From: Actinomycetota bacterium
Lineage (GTDB): Bacteria; Actinomycetota; UBA4738; CALAEC01
Assembly (NCBI GenBank): GCA_050692985.1
Contig: JBOGVZ010000061.1
Location: forward strand, 81,966-145,965
DNA: 64,000 nt
Reading direction: 5' to 3'
The position numbers were made by a program, and so were the translations under genes. The notes beneath the pieces are model-generated. The model searched no databases, was not told the DNA's origin, and was given only the letters and a program-made list of their open reading frames with translations. Of this stretch, positions 32,477 to 40,923 are shown piece after piece; within the stretch, counting starts at the first letter, position 1, and every line of letters begins with the position of its first letter.

Positions 32477-34315
32477 TCAGCCGGCGCCGCCGCCGGTGCC
32501 GCCGCCCCCTCCGCCACCGCCGCTGGAGAAGCCACCGCCGAAGCCGCCGCTCGAGCTGAACGAGCCTGAGCTGCTCGACCACGAGGAGCTCGACGCGCTG
32601 GAGGCCACGGTGCTCACCGGCACCGGGGTGTTGAACGTGCTGACCCACACGACGCCGCTCAGCCCGGACGGGGCGCCGGCCCACGGCGGGGGAAGCTCCT
32701 CGATCGGCACCATGGCCGTGACCTGCTTCTCGACCTCGTCCGCCACCCCCAGGGCGGTGGCATAGACGAGGTAGCGCTCCCAGATCACCACGGCCAGCGC
32801 GGGGGCCTCATCCAGCGAGGAGAACTCGGTCAGGAACCTCCGGAATGCCTTCCACCGGGCCATGCGCTCGAGGAACTCGGGGCCGAACCGCGGAGGGATC
32901 TTGATCAGGGCGATGATCAACCCCCCGATCGACAGGGGCAGCAGCCACATCGAGAACGGACGGCCGGTGAGCGCCGATCCGGCGATGCCCCACATGGCCG
33001 CGGCGATGGCAGCTACCACGGCCAGGACCGATTCGGGGCGGCCCCCGTGGCGCATCATCGGGGCCAGGCCGTTGCGGGCCTTGTCCGAGACGGCCTCCCA
33101 CCAGTCGTTCAGCGGCACCCGGCGCTTCCCCGTGCCCTTGAGCGTCTTCAGCGACACCCCGCCGTCTGCTCCGGCGGGGAACAGGAACTCCGCGAACTCG
33201 ATGTCGAGTCCCCCCTTCCGGGGACGGCGGACCAGCCGGATCGTGAAGTCGTCGGGATCGGTGACCGACCCCACGGGCTGCACCTCGATGACCCTCTGCT
33301 GGGCCAGGTGGAGGAGCTGGGTCCGGTAGGCCGTGCGTTGCGAGGTCTTGCCCCGGTACACGGCCCACAGGTGGGCCAGCCGGACCGGATGGATCTCCTC
33401 AGGGGGCTCCCGGAGCAGCCTCGGGACCCCGGGCACCCGTTCGCGCAGCCCGGACACCAGCACCAGGACGGCCAGCAGGAGCGGGAGCCCGATCAGCAGG
33501 CCCCAGGTCACCCGTTCGAACCGGGCCCGCCGGGCCGCCTCGGCCAGGAAGATGCGCCGCTGGGCGTTGGCCGCCTGGGCGAGCGACCGCTCCTCGGCCA
33601 GGATGTCCGCCCGCCGGGGGATCCCCGTGGAGGGGGCCAGGGGCACGGCCTGCTTCGGGAACAGGATCGATCCCTCCACGAGAGCGTAGGGCGGGACGTC
33701 GGTGACCCGCAGCTCCACGGTCTGGGGGTCAACGATCTCCACCTGGCCCTGGAGGGGCCCGTGGCCCCAGGCCCGCGTCTCGCCCGGGGACAGGGGGCGG
33801 GTGGGCACCTCCCGGCCGCCTCCCTGGTCGCAGGTGAACAGGGGCTCCACGGGGCGGGTGGCCCTCCCCGGCAGATGCACCCGGACCACCACCGACTCGG
33901 TGGGCACCTCCCATCCCGTCCCCACGAACTGCCACAGCAAGTGGGCGGTGTCCTGCCACACGTCGACCGCGCACAGGACCCGGTACCGGATCGTGAACGT
34001 CCTCCGCTCGTCCTCGGCGTCGAAGCGCCACGTGGCCCGGAACCCCCCGGTCGTGTCGACCTCGACGGGGAGCGTCCGCCCACCCTCGCTGACCTCGAAC
34101 CCCTGGATCCGCTGGAATGGCCACGCCACCGTGAAGAACGCGAAGCCGAACCGGCCGTCGAAGTCGAACGTTCGCCGCTCCACGAGGTCCAGCGAGCCGT
34201 CCTGGCGGACCGTGGCGTCGATCGTGACCTCGGGGAACTCGTAGGACTTGTTGGCGGCGTCGACCAGGTACCAGATCCCCGCGGTGATCACGACCGGGAT
34301 GGCCAGGACCACCAC
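32477..34315 (-). CDS. DUF2207-family membrane protein (paralog 1)
   Basis: Extracytoplasmic N-domain, central TM segment, C-terminal TM cluster, and a Gly-rich tail ...SSGGFGGGFSSGGGGGGGGTGGGAG. GTG start chosen so that it does not overlap paralog 2. Confidence 0.72.
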   Translation of the reverse strand: MVVLAIPVVITAGIWYLVDAANKSYEFPEVTIDATVRQDGSLDLVERRTFDFDGRFGFAFFTVAWPFQRIQGFEVSEGGRTLPVEVDTTGGFRATWRFDAEDERRTFTIRYRVLCAVDVWQDTAHLLWQFVGTGWEVPTESVVVRVHLPGRATRPVEPLFTCDQGGGREVPTRPLSPGETRAWGHGPLQGQVEIVDPQTVELRVTDVPPYALVEGSILFPKQAVPLAPSTGIPRRADILAEERSLAQAANAQRRIFLAEAARRARFERVTWGLLIGLPLLLAVLVLVSGLRERVPGVPRLLREPPEEIHPVRLAHLWAVYRGKTSQRTAYRTQLLHLAQQRVIEVQPVGSVTDPDDFTIRLVRRPRKGGLDIEFAEFLFPAGADGGVSLKTLKGTGKRRVPLNDWWEAVSDKARNGLAPMMRHGGRPESVLAVVAAIAAAMWGIAGSALTGRPFSMWLLPLSIGGLIIALIKIPPRFGPEFLERMARWKAFRRFLTEFSSLDEAPALAVVIWERYLVYATALGVADEVEKQVTAMVPIEELPPPWAGAPSGLSGVVWVSTFNTPVPVSTVASSASSSSWSSSSGSFSSSGGFGGGFSSGGGGGGGGTGGGAG

Positions 34316-34346
34316 GTAGGCCCGCCACCGGGGCCGCCGCGACGAC

Positions 34347-36239
34347 CTAGCCAGCGCCGCCCCCGGTGCCCCCGCCTCCCCCGCCTCCGCCGCCGGAGAA
34401 CCCGCCGCCTCCCCCGCCTCCGCCGCTCGAGCTTCCCCACCCGCCCGACCAGCCGACCGCCGTCGCGGCCGCGGCCGGGGCGTAGGCCGGCGAAGAGGTG
34501 CGCCAGGAGGTGTAGGTGCCCCACCCCTCGTCACCCGGGGGGGCTCCGGGCCACGGCTCGCTCAGCTCGCCCGCCGGCACCAGGGCCCGGACCTGCTTCT
34601 CCACCTCGTCGGCCACGCCCAGGGCGGTGGCGTAGACGAGGTGCCGCTCCCACACGATCACCGCCAGGGCCGGCGCGTCCTCCAGCGTGGAGAACCGCTT
34701 CAGGAAGCGGCGGAACGCCTTCCACCGGGCCACCCGCTCCCGCAGCCGCCCGGGCAGGCGGGGCGGCATGAGCCGAGCGGCCACCAGCCAGCTCAGGGCG
34801 GCCACGGGGATCAGCGCCAGGCCCAGGGGCCCCACCAGGCCCCGGAAGGCGAAGTCTCCCTCCTCGAACCCCAGCGACCTCCAGTAGCCGTACACGCCCG
34901 CGCCCACGGCCAGCATGGCCACCAGGGTCGACTCCAGGCGGCTCCGCCCCTTGGTGACGGCCGTGATCTGTCCCTTGGCCTTCCGGCCCACCTTCTTCCA
35001 CCAGTCGGCCAGCTCCTCACGGCGGGTCCCCCGGTCCTTGACCTCCGACAGCGACACGGGCCCCTGGCCGTCGCCGGCGAACAGGAACTCCACGAACTCG
35101 GCGTCCAGGCCCGCGTCGGCGGGCCGCCGCAGGCGGATCTGGAAGTCCATGGGCCGCATGGGCGCCCCGACCGGCTGCAGCTCGATCACCCCCGCCCGGG
35201 CCAGGTGGAGGAACTGGGTCCGATAGGCCGTCTTGGGAGCCAGCTGCTTGCGATGCGTGGACCACAGCAGGGCGACCTCCACCGGATGCGCCTCCTCGGG
35301 CGGCTCCTGGAGGATCGGGGGGACGCCCGGGACCCGGTCCCTGCGGTACGCGATGGCCACGAGCAGGCCCATGGCCAGGGGGATCAGGCCGAGCAGCGCC
35401 TTGACCAGCAGGGTCTCCCGGGCGTGGCGGCGCCGGAGCGCGTTGGCCTCGTCGGCCAGGCGCTGCTCCTCGGCCAGGACCTCGGCCCGCCGGGGACCCG
35501 CGTTGTCCGCGGCGAGGGGGACGACCTCCGGCGGCATCAGGATCGAGCCCTCCACGAACTGGCCGGGCGCGACGTCCCGGGCCGTGAACACCACGGTGTG
35601 GGCGTCCGCGATCGTCACCCGCCCGTTGAGCGGGCCGTGCCCCCAGGCCTTCACGTCGCCGGGAGCCAGCGGTTCGGTTGCCGGGAGCCGGCGAGCCGGG
35701 GCGGGGCAGATGGCCGGGCGGCGGATCGGCCCCGCGGCTCGCCCGGGGACGTGGACGGCCACGCGGACCACGTCGGTCTTCTCCGTCCACCCGGTGCCCA
35801 CGAACTGCCACAGCAGGTGGGCGGCATCCACCGAGACGTCCACCGCGCACTCCACCCGGTACGAGATGCGGAACGTGCGCCGCTCGTCCCGGGCGTCGAA
35901 GAACCACGTGGAGGTGAAGTTGCCGCCCTCCACCGTGTCGACGTGCTGGACGGGGCGTCCGCCCTCGGAGATCTGAAAGCCCTTGATCCTCGCCGGGGGG
36001 GCGTGGACCGACTCGATCGTGAAGAAGGCGAAGGAGAACGGGCCGGTGAAGTCGAACGTACGGCGCTCGACCAGGTCCAGCGACCCGTCGGGATTGATGG
36101 TGGCGTCGATGGCCACCCTGGGGAAGGAGTACGACTTGGACCCGCCCTGGGCCCGGGGGGCGTTGACGGCCACGACGGCGATGGCGATCACCGGCACGGT
36201 GATCACCGCCAGCGCGATGAGCTTCCCCCCCTTGCCCAC
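34347..36239 (-). CDS. DUF2207-family membrane protein (paralog 2)
   Basis: Collinear with paralog 1 (...RRTFDFTGPFSFAFFT...HLLWQFVGTGW...ARWKAFRRFL...) and shares the identical C-terminal GGGGGGGGTGGGAG. GTG start chosen at 36239. Confidence 0.72.
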   Translation of the reverse strand: MGKGGKLIALAVITVPVIAIAVVAVNAPRAQGGSKSYSFPRVAIDATINPDGSLDLVERRTFDFTGPFSFAFFTIESVHAPPARIKGFQISEGGRPVQHVDTVEGGNFTSTWFFDARDERRTFRISYRVECAVDVSVDAAHLLWQFVGTGWTEKTDVVRVAVHVPGRAAGPIRRPAICPAPARRLPATEPLAPGDVKAWGHGPLNGRVTIADAHTVVFTARDVAPGQFVEGSILMPPEVVPLAADNAGPRRAEVLAEEQRLADEANALRRRHARETLLVKALLGLIPLAMGLLVAIAYRRDRVPGVPPILQEPPEEAHPVEVALLWSTHRKQLAPKTAYRTQFLHLARAGVIELQPVGAPMRPMDFQIRLRRPADAGLDAEFVEFLFAGDGQGPVSLSEVKDRGTRREELADWWKKVGRKAKGQITAVTKGRSRLESTLVAMLAVGAGVYGYWRSLGFEEGDFAFRGLVGPLGLALIPVAALSWLVAARLMPPRLPGRLRERVARWKAFRRFLKRFSTLEDAPALAVIVWERHLVYATALGVADEVEKQVRALVPAGELSEPWPGAPPGDEGWGTYTSWRTSSPAYAPAAAATAVGWSGGWGSSSGGGGGGGGFSGGGGGGGGGTGGGAG

Positions 36240-36275
36240 CGGGGAAGTGTACGCCGCGCGGGCCCGGGGGCGCCG

Positions 36276-37478
36276 ATGCTCGATAATCGCGACGTGTCTC
36301 GTCCGGCCCCCGTCCGCCGCGGCCTCGGCCTGGTCCTGGCGCTGACGGTCGTCACCCTGGCCGCCGGATACCTGCTGAAGCTCCCGTGTCTCACGGCAGG
36401 GTGGACCGGGCAGCAGTACACCCGCCTGTGCTACTCGGACGTGGCCGCCCTGTACGCCTCGGACGACCGGGACCGCGGCCTGGACGAGGGACGGTTCCCC
36501 TACCTGGAGGCCGGCAACGAGTACCCGGTGCTCACGGGGCTGGCCATGGGGCTGGCGGCCGTGCCGGCCCGCTCCTACCCGGCCTTCTTCAACTGGACGG
36601 CGGTGCTCCTCACGGGCGCGGCCCTGGCCACGGCCTGGGCCCTGCACCGCATGGGCGGCCGCCGGGCCCTGCTGTTCGCCGTGGCCCCCACGCTGGCGAT
36701 CTACGGGTTCATGAACTGGGACCTGCTGGCGGTGGCCCTGGCCACCGTGGGCCTCCTGGCGTACCTGAGGAACCGCGACCTCGCCTCCGGGGTGCTCCTG
36801 GGGTTGGGCGCCGCCGCGAAGCTGTACCCGGCGCTCCTGCTGATCCCCCTGGTGGCCGGTCGGCTGCGGGACCGTCGCGGCGCCGACGCCGGCCGGCTGG
36901 CCGGGGCCGCCATCCTGGCGTGGGCCGCGGTGAACCTCCCGTTCGCCCTGGCGGCGCCCGGCCGCTGGTCGGAGTTCTTCCGGTTCAACTCGGCCAGGGG
37001 TGCCGACTGGGACAGCGCGTGGTTCCTGCTCGAGCGGCACCTGGGCTTCGCGTGGCCCCGCACCCTGCTGAACGTGCTGGCCGCGGCGGCCTTCGTGGCC
37101 CTCGGTGCCGTGTTCCTCCGCCTCGCCCGTGCCCGGCGGCCCGGCTTCCCCGCGTGGACGTTCGGGTTCGCCCTGCTGGTGGCCTTCCTGCTGAGCAGCA
37201 AGGTGTTCTCACCCCAGTTCGGGCTGTGGCTGCTGCCGTGGTTCGCCCTGGTTCTGCCCGACCTCCGGTACTTCGTGGCGTTCTCGGTGGCCGACTCCGC
37301 GGTGTTCGTGACCCGGTTCCAGTTCTTCGCCCGCCTGGCAGACGTGGGGCCCGGGCTGCCGTTCGCGGCCTTCGAGGTGGCGCTGCTGGTGCGGGCCGTG
37401 GTCCTGGTGGCCTGCGTGGTGGCCTGGGCCCGCCGCCTCCCCGATGCGGTCCCCCAGCCGGCGGCGGAGAGCGCGTGA
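36276..37478 (+). CDS. GT-C fold integral-membrane glycosyltransferase (DUF2029/GT87-like)
   Basis: 400 aa, polytopic; acidic first loop ASDDRDRGLDEGRFPY, then NWDLLAVAL and KLYPALLL blocks. ATG at 36276. Confidence 0.55.
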   Translation: MLDNRDVSRPAPVRRGLGLVLALTVVTLAAGYLLKLPCLTAGWTGQQYTRLCYSDVAALYASDDRDRGLDEGRFPYLEAGNEYPVLTGLAMGLAAVPARSYPAFFNWTAVLLTGAALATAWALHRMGGRRALLFAVAPTLAIYGFMNWDLLAVALATVGLLAYLRNRDLASGVLLGLGAAAKLYPALLLIPLVAGRLRDRRGADAGRLAGAAILAWAAVNLPFALAAPGRWSEFFRFNSARGADWDSAWFLLERHLGFAWPRTLLNVLAAAAFVALGAVFLRLARARRPGFPAWTFGFALLVAFLLSSKVFSPQFGLWLLPWFALVLPDLRYFVAFSVADSAVFVTRFQFFARLADVGPGLPFAAFEVALLVRAVVLVACVVAWARRLPDAVPQPAAESA

Positions 37479-38671
37479 GGACCTCCACCGCGCCCTCCCC
37501 CACCGTCGCGGCGGAGCGGGCCCGGATCGTGGCGGGGCTTCGGTACTGCGGGGTGGTGTTCGTGGTCCTGCGACTCGCGCTCACGGTGCTGGGGCTGGCG
37601 GGCGTGGCGCTCCTGCCGGGACTCGATCCGGTCAGCGCGCCCGGGTGGGAGGCCCACCGGGTCACGCCCGGCTGGCACAACGCGGTCACCGCCTTCGAAC
37701 GGTTCGACGCGCTGTGGTTCCTGGGCATCGCGGCCGATGGGTACGGCGCGGGCAACGGGACGCTGGTGTTCTTCCCGGGGTACCCGTTGCTGATCCGGGG
37801 CCTCTCGTTCCTGACCGGCGGGCATCCCCTGGCCGCCGCGCTCCTGGTGTCGAACCTCTGCGCGTTCGGGTCGATGGTCGTCCTGTACTTCCTGTCGGCT
37901 TCCGAGTGGGACGAGACGGTGGCCCGGCGGGCCGTGTTGTACCTGGCGGTGTTCCCCACCTCGTTCTTCCTGCTGGCGCCGTATTCGGAAGCGCCGTTCC
38001 TGCTGCTGGCCCTGCTGTCGTTGCGGGCCGCCCGGCGGGGCAGGTGGGCGGTGGCCGGGCTGGCCGGCGCGGGGGCGGCCGCCACCCGCAACGTGGGCGT
38101 GCTGCTGGTGCTCCCCCTCGTCGTCGAGGCCCTCCATCGAGCCCGGGAGGGACGGCGGGATGGTGTGGCGGCCCGGCTGGCGTGGTCGGTGGCGCCGCTG
38201 GTGGGGACGGTGGCCTTCCTGGGCTTCGCCGCTGCTCTGGCAGGTGACTGGCTGGCCCCGGTTCGCCAGCAGGCCGTGTGGCAGCGGGAGCTCTCGTTCC
38301 CCGTCTTCACGGTGATGCGGGCCACCGGCATCGCGTTCCGGTTCGTGGGGAACTACCCCGGCGGCTACCACCTGGTGGACTGGCTGGTGGTGGTCCCGGC
38401 CCTGGCGGCCGCGGCGTGGGTGGCCCTGCGGGGCCGGCTCCTGTACGCCGTGTACACCTGGGCCATGCTGCTGGCGCCGCTCTCGTTCATCTTCCCCAGC
38501 CGGCCGTTCATGTCGCTCCCTCGGTTCCTGCTGCCGATCTTCCCGATCCTGTGGGCCCCGGCCGTGTGGGCCCGGCGGCGCCCGGGGGTCCACACCGCCG
38601 TGGTGGCCATCTCGGCCGCCGGCCTCGGTGCCCTCACCGTGCTGTTCGTCGCCTGGTACTTCGTGTTCTGA
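37475..38671 (+). CDS. Integral-membrane mannosyltransferase-like protein (PIG-V/GT76-like)
   Basis: FERFDALWFLGIAADGYG...TLVFFPGYPLL block; GTGA start/stop overlap with the preceding GT-C gene. Confidence 0.55.
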   Translation: MRTSTAPSPTVAAERARIVAGLRYCGVVFVVLRLALTVLGLAGVALLPGLDPVSAPGWEAHRVTPGWHNAVTAFERFDALWFLGIAADGYGAGNGTLVFFPGYPLLIRGLSFLTGGHPLAAALLVSNLCAFGSMVVLYFLSASEWDETVARRAVLYLAVFPTSFFLLAPYSEAPFLLLALLSLRAARRGRWAVAGLAGAGAAATRNVGVLLVLPLVVEALHRAREGRRDGVAARLAWSVAPLVGTVAFLGFAAALAGDWLAPVRQQAVWQRELSFPVFTVMRATGIAFRFVGNYPGGYHLVDWLVVVPALAAAAWVALRGRLLYAVYTWAMLLAPLSFIFPSRPFMSLPRFLLPIFPILWAPAVWARRRPGVHTAVVAISAAGLGALTVLFVAWYFVF

Positions 38672-38716
38672 ATAGCCCCCGGCGCCGCGAGGGGCTTAGG
38701 GTGGCGCCGAGACGCC

Positions 38717-39349
38717 GTGTCGATCAGGTTGGTCATCGCCGACGACCACACCTTGGTCCGCCAGGGCGTCCGGCGCGTCCTGGAGGGGACCTCGGACGTG
38801 GAGGTCGTCGGCGAGGCGTCGAACGGCCGGGACATCGTCGGGGTGGTGGCCACCGCCCATCCCGACGTGGCCCTGATCGACATCCGCATGCCGGAGATGA
38901 ACGGGTTGGAGGCGGCCCGGGCCATCCGCCGCCGGTCCCCCGAGACGCGGATCGTCATGCTGACGGCGTTCGACCAGCGCCAGTTCGTGGCCGAGGCGGT
39001 CAGGGCCGGGGCCCGGGGCTACGTGCTCAAGGCCAAGGACGCCGAGCATCTCGTCCGGACCGTGCGGCAGGTGGCCTCGGGTGCGGTGGTGATCGATCCC
39101 GAGCTCGTCCTGGCTCTGGCCGAGCAGCTCCCCAGCCGGGAGGAGTCCCCGCACGAGGCCCTCACCAGCCGGGAGGTCCAGGTCCTCCAGCTCGTGGCCA
39201 CGGGCAAGACGAATCGGGAGATCGCCCGCACCCTGTTCATCTCGCCCGACACCGTGAAGACCCATCTCGAGCACATCTTCCAGAAGCTCAACGCGGCCGA
39301 CCGCACCGCCGCCGTGGCCGAGGCCTTCCGCCGCCGCCTGATCGAGTAG
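38717..39349 (+). CDS. LuxR/NarL-family response regulator (REC plus HTH)
   Basis: IADDHTLVRQGVR...D...phospho-acceptor D in LIDIRMP...LTSREVQVLQLVATGKTNREIA. Confidence 0.85.
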   Translation: MSIRLVIADDHTLVRQGVRRVLEGTSDVEVVGEASNGRDIVGVVATAHPDVALIDIRMPEMNGLEAARAIRRRSPETRIVMLTAFDQRQFVAEAVRAGARGYVLKAKDAEHLVRTVRQVASGAVVIDPELVLALAEQLPSREESPHEALTSREVQVLQLVATGKTNREIARTLFISPDTVKTHLEHIFQKLNAADRTAAVAEAFRRRLIE

Positions 39350-39407
39350 GGGGTCCCGCCCCAGGGCGGGATGGCGGTAGCTTCGGAGGGCGAGCGAAAC
39401 ACCCAAT

Positions 39408-39968
39408 GTGAGCGCATCCCGCGCCGAGGACGCAACCGAACCGTCGGGTGGTGCGTCGGTGGGGGTGGAAGGAGGGGAGCTGAACGAGGCCGATGTCAGG
39501 GCGTTCCTCGATGAGGAGTACTCCAGGGTGGTGGGGGTCATCGCCCTCGCCTCGGAGGACCTGCCCGCCGCGGAGGACGCAGTGTGCGAGGCCCTGGCCC
39601 GGGCGTGGGAGCGGTCCGAGCGGGGCGAGCGCATCGAGTCGCTGGGGGCGTGGGTGACCACGGTGGCCATGAACCTGACCCGGAGCCGGTGGCGACGGGT
39701 CCTGGCGGAGCGACGGGCCCGGGCCAGGATGGCGCTTCCGGAGCAGCCACCCGAGCCGGACGGGGCCATCGACCTGCGGCGGGCCCTGCGGTCGCTGTCC
39801 CGCCGGCACCGGGAGGTCATTCTCCTCTAGTACTACGTCGGGTTCGACGTGGAGACGGTGGCCAGGCAGCTCCACGTCCGGCCCGGGACGGTCAAGTCCG
39901 CTCTCCACCGAGCCCGGTCGCAGCTGGCCCGGGAGATCGGCGTCCAGGAGGATGAGCATGTCCGGCCT
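39408..39968 (+). CDS. ECF-type sigma-70 family factor interrupted by an in-frame TAG at 39828-39830
   Basis: Region-2-like ...EDAVCEALARAWE... and a region-4 HTH continuing after the stop (YYVGFDVETVARQLHVRPGTVKSALHRARSQL). Confidence 0.7.
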
Positions 39969-40884
39969 TGACGACCGGCTCGACGACGAGGTCCGGCGGC
40001 TGGCCGGGCGGGTCGACGGGGCGAAGGCCTTCCCGGTGGTGGCCCGGCGGAAGCGACGTCGGCGACTGGTCCGGCGCGTCAACACCGCGATCCTGGCCAC
40101 GGCCATCGTGGCCGGCAGCGCCGCCGGCGCCCTGGCCCTGGCCCGAGCGTTCAACCTGGGGAGCACCAGCCCCGCCGACGACCCCGTGGTGGGGCCGACC
40201 GTGACCCCCTCGCCGGCCGACGCCGCCTCGGCGTGCCCGGCCATCGAGGGCCAGGACCTCCCGCCCAGCTACCAGCCCGTGGGGCCGGTCGCCGAGGCCG
40301 ACATCACCGGGGGCGGCCGGTCTGTCATCGTCATCCGAGGGGACAAGGAGCGGCCGCCTCGGTGCCGGTACGTCCTCCAGGCCACGCAGGATGGCGGGCC
40401 CGTCTACCGCGCCTTCATCGGTGCGGTCCCGTGGCCGCCGGAACCGCCTTCGATCCTGCTCTCGGCGGAGATCGACGGCCAGCCGGGGGCCGAGGTGGTG
40501 GTCGAGTTCGGTGGACCCGGCCATCCCCACCGCACCGGGCAGGTCTTCACGTTCGAGCCGGGGCCCTCCAGGCTGGCCACCGGGACGTTGGTGCAGATGC
40601 GGCTCCAGCCGCCCCAGCCTCCCGAGGCCGAGGGCCTGGTTCCGCTGTCCGGCGAGTTCGCGGCGGGGGTCGACTGCACGGGCCCGGGCACGATCGTGGT
40701 CACCTCGGGGGACCTGGCCCAGGGCGGCGCGGACGATTCCCACTTCGACGTCACCCGGACGTTCTACCGGGCGGTGGACGGAACGTTCGTGGTGACCGGG
40801 ACCGAGTCCCACGTGGTGGAGGTGGGGACGGAGGCGGAGCGCTGGCCGGAGCTCGCCGACGACCCGTTCCGCAGCTGCCCCTAA
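39952..40884 (+). CDS. Putative anti-sigma factor / membrane-anchored protein (single TM)
   Basis: Start overlaps the sigma gene's end; N-terminal cytoplasmic segment, TM VNTAILATAIVAGSAAGALALA, and a ~240-aa extracytoplasmic domain. Confidence 0.45.
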   Translation: MSMSGLDDRLDDEVRRLAGRVDGAKAFPVVARRKRRRRLVRRVNTAILATAIVAGSAAGALALARAFNLGSTSPADDPVVGPTVTPSPADAASACPAIEGQDLPPSYQPVGPVAEADITGGGRSVIVIRGDKERPPRCRYVLQATQDGGPVYRAFIGAVPWPPEPPSILLSAEIDGQPGAEVVVEFGGPGHPHRTGQVFTFEPGPSRLATGTLVQMRLQPPQPPEAEGLVPLSGEFAAGVDCTGPGTIVVTSGDLAQGGADDSHFDVTRTFYRAVDGTFVVTGTESHVVEVGTEAERWPELADDPFRSCP

Positions 40885-40923
40885 GCCGCTCGCTGATCGG
40901 CCAGCCGGCGGCCAAGGCCCGCC

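Noticed and set aside
39828-39830. In-frame TAG in the sigma factor as possible stop-codon recoding (pyrrolysine or an amber suppressor)
   Set aside because: TAG terminates several well-conserved genes in the window (ALDH, the Fe-S oxidoreductase, the MBL hydrolase). This single occurrence is better explained by a point mutation or error.
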